Source of the DNA: Trichoplax sp. H2
Lineage: Eukaryota
Direction of reading: 5' to 3'
NCBI GenBank assembly: GCA_003344405.1
Contig: NOWV01000023.1
Location: 310,001 to 374,000, forward strand
DNA: 64,000 nucleotides
Shown: piece by piece, positions 1 to 11,022 of the stretch
Position numbering within the stretch: position 1 is the stretch's first letter
Layout: each line of letters begins with the position of its first letter
Translations under genes and position numbers: made by a program
Notes under the pieces: model-generated
What the model was told of the DNA's origin: nothing
Databases searched by the model: none
Seen by the model: only the letters and a program-made list of their open reading frames with translations

Positions 1-368
1 GTGCTTGGAAAGTGGGTCCGGTATGGTCCGGTCCGGTACGGTACGGGACAGTTGATTGACTGTAGCAGTGGGGGTGGTAAGCTTCTCTTCGACAGTCGTT
101 CGTGGTACTATACTGTATTGACAATACTCTAGTACTGTACAGTATGGACTCCTCAACCACCCCACTAGACAAAATTAACCAACTACCAGGACTTACTCCA
201 TGTTTTTTTAAGTTCTTCTAGTAATCCATGCAACTACCTACTTTTGGTGAATTGGGAGTGATGAAGCAGTTTCTGATAATACTATAGGCTATAGTATTCT
301 GTGCATAGTTTGAGTTTTTACTGTCGGTATCCTGCAGCCACTGCCAGATTCCACCCTATTAACTCCAC

Positions 369-753
369 CATGGACTACTAGAAGAAGACCTGCTGTAGGT
401 CGCCCTGGACTAGACAGACGGACCGTTCTTACTCAAGCAGGCCGTCAAGATCCCAAAATGACCACTTACAGCGGTATGGATCTTCCATGCTTGTTTTCTA
501 AATCACTGGTACTCATTGAAATTGCGTCTATGATCTGTTTTCAAGCAGCATTTTATAACAGATAATAAGATTCAATGGAATATTCCTTGATAACCAAACT
601 ATCAGTCAAAATTCAAAAATCGACTGTCTTTCTATTAATAGTACTGGCCTAACCAAGCGTTTGATACAATATTTGAAGGAGATGAGGTGGGAAATGTCTA
701 TCCGTCCGAAGGAGTGATCCGTCGACAGTAACGTCTTCTTCTAGTCATCCATG
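369..753. mobile_element. MITE-like element with ~21-bp terminal inverted repeats
   Basis: catggactactagaagaagac (369-389) versus the reverse complement of 733-753, catggatgactagaagaagac: 19/21 identity. Non-coding interior. No clear target-site duplication. Confidence 0.4.
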
Positions 754-1079
754 ATGGTTAGCGTTAACTTCGTGGACATTATAGGATTATCGCAGCAAAC
801 TACAATAGAGATTCATGTCTGCATCTGTTCATAGACAGTAGTGTAGTAATGTAGAACTTACATACTTTACTGTATATTATAATAGTGAATGTACGCTTTT
901 CCTGCAGCCAATAACTGCCAGATTCCTCCAGTCGTCCATCTTACTGGAGCGTACAATTGTATCCTGTACACTAGAGTGGACTAGGAAGGGGAAATGAATG
1001 AATTCGAGAATGATGGAGTATCCACGGCCATGGCATCTACAACAACAGGACACTCTTAATCAAGTACACTTTGCACAAC

Positions 1080-2147
1080 GACTACTTAAACAAGGAAAGA
1101 GGGACATCAAACTGTCCTTCGCTATACTGGAAATGGGCAATCTGAGTACTTTTTACTAGTAATATCATATCGAGTGAGATGACCACCTGGCCACTCTGAT
1201 GTTTTCTCCAACAGTATAGGATAAATGCTGTGGGATTATGACTACGTGTTTATTCGTGTTTTGCCACTTTCTTCTTTCCTCTGCATAGAAGAGCATTGTG
1301 TGTAAGACAGCCATATACAGTATACAGTCGACTACTCAAAGAAGGAAAGAGGGACATCAAACTGTCCTTTGCCATACTGGAAATGGGCAATCTGACTACT
1401 TTTGCTAGTAATATATCATATCGAGTGAGATGACCACTTAGCCAACCCCTATGGGGCGTGTAGATCAAGACTAGCCTTCAGGATCAAACCTTTTCTCCTA
1501 GAGGTAGAATGCCGTGGGATTATGACTACAGACTAGGTATCCATTCGTGTTTTGCCGCTTTTTGTAAGACAGCCATATACAATATACAGTCCACTAGGCA
1601 GTCGACTACTCAAAAAAGGAAAGAGGGACATCAAACTGCCCTTTGCCATACTGGAAATGGGCAATCTGACTACTTTTGCTAGTAATATATCATATCGAGT
1701 GAGATGACCACCTAGCCACCCCTATGATCAAAACCTTTTCTCCTAGAGGTAGAATGCCGTGGGATTATGACTACAGACTAGGCATCCATTCGTATTTTGC
1801 CACTTTCTTCTTTTCCTCTCTGCATAGAAGAACATTATGTAAGACAGCCATATACATTATACAGTCCACTAGGCAGTCGACTACTCAAAAAAGGAAAGAG
1901 GGACATCAAACTGCCCTTTGCCATACTGGAAATGGGCAATCTGACTACTTTTGCTAGTAATATATCATATCGAGTGAGATGACCACCTAGCCACCCCTAT
2001 GATCAAACCTTTTCTCCTAGAGGTAGAATGCCGTGGGATTATGACTACAGACTAGGCATCCATTCGTATTTTGCCACTTTCTTCTTTTCCTCTGCATAGA
2101 AGAACATTATGTAAGACAGCCATATATATAACAGTCCACAAGGCAGT
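1080..2147. repeat. Tandem repeat, ~250-275 bp unit, ~4 copies
   Basis: gggacatcaaactg...ctggaaatgggcaatctga recurs at 1101, 1351, 1625 and 1900. Confidence 0.93.
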
Positions 2148-2416
2148 AGCCGAGGTGAGCATGAGTTGGAGTGTTGATGGCTAGGCCCGATGAAGACTGC
2201 TCTAGACGACCCTACTGTATACTGACGCAAGACAGTGAAAGCGTGATAGGCTAGTTGGTGAAACAGTCCAACCGGGACAGTTTATAGACAGTATCCAATC
2301 GATGACTGATATCATCGCCTGTGGTCGTAGTGATGCCTAAGCGATACGCCTAGCAACACCCTTGGGCTGGACAAACCGACGCCAATCATTTCTCTTCCAT
2401 CACTCAAGCAGCAGCC

Positions 2417-5400
2417 ATGACCGACGAATTAAAGACTCGCTTATATCATAAATTGAAAGCCTATCATCAGGAGAATTTACTACAATATTGGGATGAGTTA
2501 GATCAAACTCAACGCCAATTACTAGCTGATGATATCGATAGCTTGGATTTGCAATATGTAACGCAATCATTTGAAAAGGTGATGCAAACCGGTCAAAGCC
2601 ATTCGCAAAAGAAGGATGATCATATCTTGCCACTCCCAGAAGATGTTTATTGTACATTGCCTAATGTCGATAGCCATCGCCAAGATTGGCAAACATTAGG
2701 GTTAAATCTAATCGCAGATAATAAAGTGGCTGTCATTTTATTAGCTGGTGGTCAAGGTACACGACTAGGTGTTGATTACCCTAAAGGGATGTACTGTGTT
2801 GGCTTACCTTCCGGCAAATCTTTATATCAGATTCAAGGCGAGAGAATGTTTCGATTGCAACAATTAGCCCAAGAGCGAACAGGCAAAAAAGGCACTATAC
2901 CGTGGTAAGTTGGTTCATTTTTTTGGGGGGGGGGGAACCATTTTACCCTATCTTATTCCTCTCTCCATTGACTTGGAATCACCAACTATTTGGATATTAT
3001 TAAATAACCCATTGAAGAATGGCATGAAGCGTAAAGCGATTGCTTGACTTGAATAATAACATTAATTTCATCATCCTCTTACCGATAGAAAACCATCTCT
3101 ACCTTCAGCTCACATCATTTCTTGTTATGCGGACGATAGTAATAATTTTTCTATTTTTCTTTCAATGAATTTAAAGATTGCAGACGATTGACTTACGCTT
3201 AACATGTATGATCTATTCTTAATGGACTATCAAACAGTATCTACATAGGAGGTTATTGTAGGATAACCTTGATGCAATACTGTAGGTCGATGTTATCAAG
3301 AAAGGATGACCAATGTTCGACAGTTCTATATCGAATGAATGGCTAGACATGGCATCTTTTTTGGCACAATCAGAATTCAAATCTGCACGATAGACTATTA
3401 TTATCAGTAACAGTATCTATCTTGCAAGATAGATATTGCGTTGGTAATGAGACAGTCTACATGGTCAGATCAAATCCAGCACTCTTTTAGAGGAACGTTT
3501 ACAAACCCTCAATGTAATCGGAGTCATGGGCTACTAGTCCCAAATTCTCTTCTAGTAGTCCATGACATTTTCTCAATATTACAATTGGATTAATTAATTT
3601 TATACAGTATTTTCAAATTGTCCAAAATCAAGTCTCCTCATGATATGTACAGTATTGCTGTGATTATTTGCTTGGCTTATATAAACACCTTCTTCATTTC
3701 AGTTATCGCTACTTGGCAGTGATAGAGATGTCGAGGCTTATCATACTGTATTTGCAAGTATTTGCTTTGGATGGCAGATAATGTTTCTTTCTCATTTTAC
3801 TCCAAATTACATTAAATTTATTCTTTTATCTTCAACTGTACATACTCTTTCTTCATATTATTTTCAATAATTTATTAATTACTGATATAATTTTAGCCGA
3901 AGAAAAGTGTTTTCTGTAAATAATAATATTAAATTGTGCGGGTTCAGCTAGTACAAGGGCTTCCAAGAGAATTTTCTCGGACAGTTCGACTACTATATAA
4001 AATCCCCAGGGACGGTGAGGTAAAACTCTTTTTACTGTAACTCTTTACCAGTTGCTAGTAGATGGATAAATCAGCTAATACAATATCGATCAACTTCACT
4101 CGGTCAATAACTTTATCACTTCTCATCCTACTTCATATTACTTTGGAGTTGTTAGCTTTTAAAACATACTTCTTGTAGAGCTATAATGCATTCAATTTCT
4201 ATCTCTACTCACTTTGTTCAATTTGGTAGACCGAAAATTAAATCGACACATGTGTTGGTCAATTTCTAAATACAGTAGATAAAGTACACAAATGGACATA
4301 AAGTGATGTACATGCTTTAAAGAATGAATACGTAACATAAACAGCTCAATTAGTAGTACAATATGACGATAGAATAGTTGCAAAATTCAAGTAGCCAAAT
4401 TCAAACTGTCTACCTTATGTCATGCGATAGAGTTAGATTGGATTGACATCTACTTTATCATCCAATTATTGAATCTCCACTGCATTATGGATAGTCTCAA
4501 AGCTGTCGTCATCGTCATCGAGTGCCAGTTACAAAGTGTGATAATTGCCATCAATCATTGATTCTAGACAGCATAATTTCGTAGCGATTTCTTAACATGG
4601 GATGCAACAGCTGGTGCAGTCTTGTACATTTCTAACTTTTATTGGACTCACCATTTTTAGACATTTTTTCCAATGAATAATTGACTCGCGTGCGTAGACA
4701 ACAAGGCTATCCCTTACACACACACATCACCAATCTTTCCTATGATTTACCCTGATGTATACTTCAACACCAGCAATAATATATATATACTCGTACACGT
4801 ATCGAGAATTAATATCGCAATTTTGACATTGTTAGCGGAAATGATTCTCATTCAGTGTCCATTAGCGTAGGAAATTTCTTCTTTATTTTGTGCGGATTGA
4901 TATCCAGTTGCTATCGCAAGTAATAAAAACTTATCACATTACAGTAATTCGGCTAATTTCGATCATACAGTCACAATCTCTTAAAATTATGTACAGAAGT
5001 AGCGAACTCCATTGATAAATAATGTGGCCAATGAAATGAAATGGATTGCGTAGTAGCTAGTATGTTTTATGAACATGAATTACTTTAGTATCTTTCTAAG
5101 CCTCTATAATAGTATGATTAGTTTCTCTATGTTTGTCAAAAGCTTACTCTACTGTACATCTTAATAAGTTAATTGGCGAAACCAAGGTGAACATTTTGTA
5201 TTGTTTACACAATCAACTGAATTAGAGCATTCTTCATTTTACTTTAGTGTATACTATGCAGACGATCACAATGGAGTTTCTAACCTATTCATTGAGCTCA
5301 CTTCATACTTTGTTGTAGCAATTAGTTTAATTTCCTTATACTTTATGTTAAAATTTCAAATAGGAAGTTTCATTCAGTTGTTGTACAGAAAAATGGATCG

Positions 5401-7683
5401 TCAATTTATGGATGATACGTTTACTCTATGTTATCATACCATCATAATTGGATGGAGTAATGATCTTGGGATAACTTTATGTTCATATCGTCTCGATGAT
5501 CATGATTAACGAATCTTTTGCCTTACGATGACTTTATGATGTCAAGAAGGCACTCAATGTCGGCTTTTAATGAATTCCTTGAAATGGATAAAAAGCTTAC
5601 ATCCGAGTTTTTATAAAATAGACAATATTTGCTCTTGAAGCATTCAATTCTACCGTTATCGATTCTACTGGTTGTATGCATTTTTAAGCATAAATAGTAT
5701 GTAGATCAGTATCAATAGTGATGAATTATCGTAACTGTCCTTTAAATATCAACGCTATCGATATTAATGCTCATGATCGTATTTCTTCAAGGTATATCAT
5801 GACTAGTCAGCATACTAAGCAACAAACTAGAAATTACTTTGAAAAGCACAAATTCTTCGGCTTAAACGAGAAAGATATCATGTTCTTTGAACAAAGTACT
5901 TTACCATGTTTCGATTTTGACGGCAAAATTATTTTGGCTGCTCCGGATAAGATTGCTCGCGCTCCTAATGGAAATGGAGGCCTTTACAGTGCACTATCGA
6001 ATTGTGGTATTTTAAAGGATATGCAGGATCGAGGAATTGCTCATATTCAAGCCTATTGCGTGGATAATATTTTAATTAAAATGGTGGATCCTGTCTTTAC
6101 TGGCTACTGTGCTAGTAAGAATGCTGATTGTGGAGCCAAGGTACGCGTGACTGAAACTGACATCATAAATGTTTTTATTTTACATCCTACCGCATGCAAA
6201 TGTTCCATTTTTATCATATCATAGGTTGTAAGGAAAGTGGATGCCAGTGAATCTGTTGGTTTGGTATGTTTATGTGACGGCACGTATCAGGTACACTAAA
6301 TACCTAAAAAGTTGAGTGTTCTAGACTGTTGTTAGGGGTAAGGTTATAATTTCTTAACCGTTAAGAATTCATTTGAGATATAGGTTATTGAATACAGTGA
6401 AATTTCAAAGGAAATGACAGAAAAACGAAACAAGAATGGCGAATTGATGTTTAATGCAGCCAATATTTGTAATCATTATTTTAGTTACGATTTCTTATCT
6501 CAAACTGTTAGGTTAGTATGAGCATTTACAAAACGCATTGATAATTCCCCCCCCCCCAAACAAGAATGTAATTATATTGTCCATCCTCTTGATAATACAC
6601 ACTATTTATCGATCACTAAATTTATTTATAGCGCTAGAGAAAATGAACTACCACATCATATGGCAAGAAAGAAAATTCCTTATGTCAATGAATCAGGCCA
6701 AACGTATGAATTCATTATGTTATACTAGGATATAATGGATTTAATAATACCATGGGAATATATTAAATAGGATAAACTTTCCTTTCATTGATACACGTAT
6801 TATAATTATACTTCCATGGTATAGAGTTAAACCTGAGACCCCGAATGGGATTAAGATGGAGAAATTTGTTTTTGACGTCTTTTTATTTTCTAAGTTAGTA
6901 TTTATTATGGAAATAAAAAATGGAGCTATAACGTTTTGAAAGTTATACTTACAATTTATAATCGATATACAGTATAGGGCTAACCATTTGAATACGATAT
7001 ATCATTTGCATTAATCTTATAGAAATTTTGCGGTAATGGAAGTCAAACGAGAGGATGAATTTTCTCCATTGAAAAATAAATGTGGAACAGGAAGAGATTG
7101 TCCAGAAACTGCTAAGGCTGCTCTTGGCAAATTACACGGACGTTATATTCTTGAGGCTGGGGGTAAATTTGCTACAAAGGATGGAAAAGAAATTTCGGAT
7201 ACTTCTAGGTACAGTATTTTGACTCTTGCTCGTTAAATTCGAAATTGACAATATTAGAGCTCTAATATAATTAAACTTGAATTCCTCTTTGTAAGTGTAT
7301 CGTAGATGATTAGGCATTGTAGTAACTATGCGTACGCTATCGTTTCTGTAAGTTCTATCATTATAATGTTTCATTTGAAATTATATTTTTAAATATAGCT
7401 TGAAAGATGTAGTAGACTTTGAATGTGAAGTATCTCCCAACCTGTCTTTTGCTGGAGAAGTAAGATGAGTTGCTAATAAAAGTAGTAGATGGAGTCATTA
7501 GTTACTATTGTATTACCTTCTCTTAAATAACAACATTATCAACTTGTGTACATTATTGGCCATATTCATCAGATGACATTCAATAATTGTCTTTCTTTGT
7601 AATTTGAACAGAATTTGAGCGAACTTGTTGGGGGAAAAGTCTTAGATTTTCCTGTTTATCTAAAAGCTGAGTGCGACAAATGA
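2417..7683 (+). CDS. UAP1: UDP-N-acetylhexosamine pyrophosphorylase, 9 coding exons
   Basis: Motifs [85 protein letters not shown] exons in frame: 2417-2904, 5792-6140, 6225-6290, 6384-6511, 6632-6703, 6825-6893, 7023-7208, 7399-7459, 7612-7683 (TGA). Confidence 0.96.
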
Positions 7684-8939
7684 AGCAATCCATGTCATTT
7701 ATTACTAACTGGATTCTGGTTGTTACCATAGTTGACAAACTTTACTGGGACGTTGTCATAATTGGCATATACTTATACCTAAAAAGTTCGTTTTGAGAGC
7801 TTTAATAATGTTACGCAAATTCATTAACCATAACCAAATTTTTAGATTCATCTATGTATTTGCTATGAATATTTTTGCATATGAGGACGTTCAGATAGTA
7901 CACAGTATGTCCAATTAAAACAATCCTATTGTATTCTCTCTTATTTTGATTCTAGGATACAGTTGTAGGCTAGTCTTTATGAATATAATAAAATTTTGAG
8001 TATCTGAGATGCAAACTACCAATTAATCCACTGTTGATTTAGAATTTCTTAATCGTTCACAGTAATTAATTAAACAAATACAACATAAGCAAGAAATAAA
8101 ATAAAAAATTGAACTGTTAGATGATTGTACTTTGATATAGATTAGTATTCAAAAATCTCTAGAGCTAGGATTAAGAAATCAACGATATATAATATCTTGT
8201 GTAACTTGGAATACTTGCAAAAACTACTACATTACTCTACTTGATAATAATTTATTTACCAATGTAATCTACGAACTGTAAGTTACAATATCCAGTTCGT
8301 AAATTAATATATACTGTACGCATTTGCAATATTATCATGGGTATTATTGTGTGCAAACTATTCTGATCGCTGATTCCTGACTTTAATTGACATACGGATT
8401 CATTATCGTAATTGACTTTTGGCATACGATACGGATAAAATAACGTTACTAATAAGTAGATACGCATATATAAATACCTAGTAGATAAATGACTGCATTG
8501 ATGGGCATGGACATGTCCATAATGGTACAAGAATTGACGAAATTAAGCTACTTTTGAGCTATAATTTGGAACATTAACTTGTAGCATGCATAGGGCAGGA
8601 TATGTTAAAATTATTCCAATTGCGTCAAGGCAAGATTAATGAATATGGCGTTTAGAGCGAAATATAGCAATTTTGATTCATGGATCATCGATAATTAATT
8701 GTTACATGGGATCATTTCTAATTCTTGTTGCTATGTGCGTAGTCTGACGGAGTGACATTTCCTATCATACCCATATTACTGATGAATCTTTTGTAGGGTG
8801 CAATCATAAACTGCTAGATCAATGTCTATATATTGAAACAGATTTATTGAAAGAGCCGTACAACATTTATTTCGGAATCCGAATAGTGTATAATCACATT
8901 AGCTATTAGACACAAGCTAAAATTCTTCGATCGTAGTGT

Positions 8940-10245
8940 TTATTCCTGATAAAGGTAATAAAAAAGCGAATTAATACGACAATTGCTGTATACCAGTAGT
9001 CAAGTAACAGAATTTCATTTATATATGAAAGTGGGAGGTAGTCATACAAGTTGAGGAAATCAACTCAGAGCAATACTTACTTCAGGAATGGCTATAGAAC
9101 CATCGTTAATTCCGTCAATGACATCATGAGGATGTTGTTGCTCAACTGTACAACCAAGAGACTGAGCAGTCCCAAGGATTTCCTTAACGGTACCTTCTAG
9201 TTTTCGTGCCATGGATCTTGGTCTCATAGTACGAGCGATATCGATTATCTGATCTAACGGTACGTTGCCAGTATGTAGGACTGCGAATAAAAGCATCATG
9301 TTAATGATTTTAGCTTATCATTTTGTAAGTTGAATACTGGTATTACATGCGAGAGATTGTGTTTCTATCTAGAGCATAGAAAGGTGCCTATTTATGTTGA
9401 GTAAATACTAACTATTTTTTTGCTTCTTTCTGTCTCTTGGTGGTTCTTTCAGAGCTTTAATTACTAGTGATGAAGCACTAGGAACTACATCAATTTTGGC
9501 TTGTCTGTTCTGGATAGTTAATCGAACAGTGATACGCAAACCTTTCCAATCCTGGGTAGATTTGGCAATATCGTCACCAACTTTTTTGGGCGACTATCAT
9601 GGGTAAGAAAAATTCAATGTTAGAAGTAGCAACGCTCAATTGTAGATATCAATCAAGAACTACATTGCATTGATGGAGAATGTAGTAGCTAGGTCATGGA
9701 CTACTTTGTTTCTGTTTGGTTATCCATATTGAATTGTATATTTATTTGACTTTGATAGCATTCTATCCCATTCTAACAAGCATGTTGACGACAATATAAG
9801 TAGCACTATTGTCAATTTTAATCTTTTCCTACGGATATCAAAGAACCTACCAATCCAAGTGGACCTAATTTAGGTGCCAAAGAGGAGGTAGCACCAACTT
9901 CACCACCGGTAACGCGAATGTGAACTAATGATAGAAATAATCATCGCAAGGGTTATTAACAACTTATTCATAAAATATATCATGAACATTATCCTACAAT
10001 CGTGGAGCAAGACAATTAGCAATCTATCTTTCATGTCATTATCGAGATTAGATCATGATCCAATTCAAGTACTGCATATCAATGTCGTCGATCATGTAGG
10101 GGTACGCTACCATCAGCCATAACCGATGGCGATGAAAGAGTGAATCAAGTCCAATCTATCGAGGGTTTTGCTTCAAAAAGATAAGATTAAGATTGTATCA
10201 TGACTAACCTATCTTAACTTCGTTAGGATCGAGTTTTGGAGGCAT
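8940..10245 (-). CDS. RPL12: 60S ribosomal protein L12 (uL11), 5 coding exons
   Basis: [60 protein letters not shown]...[19 protein letters not shown]...[23 protein letters not shown]. Exons 10209-10245, 9851-9924, 9413-9593, 9081-9280, 8940-8945 (GAA TAA). Confidence 0.97.
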
Positions 10246-10333
10246 TTTGATGTGATGGATTGCTATGGATGGAAGTGTGGATGAGCCAATTAATCACAGA
10301 CCCTACCAAGATGGATGCACTACCAGCCAGGGT

Positions 10334-10346
10334 AAAAAGGAGGAAT
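10334..10346 (-). promoter_or_regulatory. Polypyrimidine (TCT/5'TOP-like) initiator of RPL12
   Basis: Minus strand reads ttcctccttttt about 90 nt upstream of the ATG, which is typical of ribosomal protein gene start sites. Confidence 0.55.
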
Positions 10347-11022
10347 TGCCGCATGCCATGCAGTTTACATAGAATTGGCTGGAGGTTAGTTTGCGCAAGC
10401 TCAGTACGAATGAGTTCTGTTGTACAGTGTACAGTACAGTAAAGTACAGTACAAAATATTGTACTGAACACTGTGCACTGTACACCTGCACTGCAGTGGT
10501 CTCATGGATGGTGAGACCACTATATGGCTGCTATCCATCTAGTGATTGATGTATTTGAAAGTTTATAGTGGTTTTTGACTAGCATGTTCTTTTTGAGCAT
10601 TTTGAACAGTCGGCTGTTGTGTAGTAGAAGTTCAATTATATCATATTCCGCTCTGTAAACCTCGAATTTTCTTTATCTCATTAAAATACTGAGGAGAATC
10701 TCAGTGTATACACTATACAGTACAGTACAGTATGTCACCTTCACCCTAAGCCTAACCACTATACTGTATAGTACAGTACAGTACACTAAGCTGTTTGTCT
10801 GAAATTGACTCTCGGATTCTCAGACGGATGGACGCTACCAATGAAAATGTGAGTTACAGTACGAAATACAGTACATCGGTAAGATGCACTGTACGCTTTG
10901 TCCATTGATTTCACCGTGTAGACAAGGAAACGATCCGGTCAAAGCTTGGATGCCATCGGCCGCTAGATTGACATCGAATTTAAGCGCCAGTAATCCTCGA
11001 GAATAGTAAATAAATAAGTAGA
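10346..11022. promoter_or_regulatory. Bidirectional promoter region RPL12 / SCNM1
   Basis: The divergent start codons are under 800 bp apart. Contains TTGCGCAA (10391), GTACA repeats and several inverted repeats. Confidence 0.6.

Larger units (their letters stand above)
77..2414 (+). other. Probable 5'UTR intron of UAP1
   Basis: Strong donor GTG|GTAAGC at 77. Pyrimidine tract followed by AAG-CAG-CAG ending 2 nt before the ATG at 2417. Pairing of the two sites is inference. Confidence 0.45.

Noticed and set aside
1250..2230. Several 60-77 aa ORFs
   Set aside because: They are products of the 250-275 bp tandem repeat and show no protein motifs.
8946..10208. Intronic snoRNA in RPL12
   Set aside because: I could not identify convincing C/D or H/ACA boxes with structure by eye; an Infernal search is needed.
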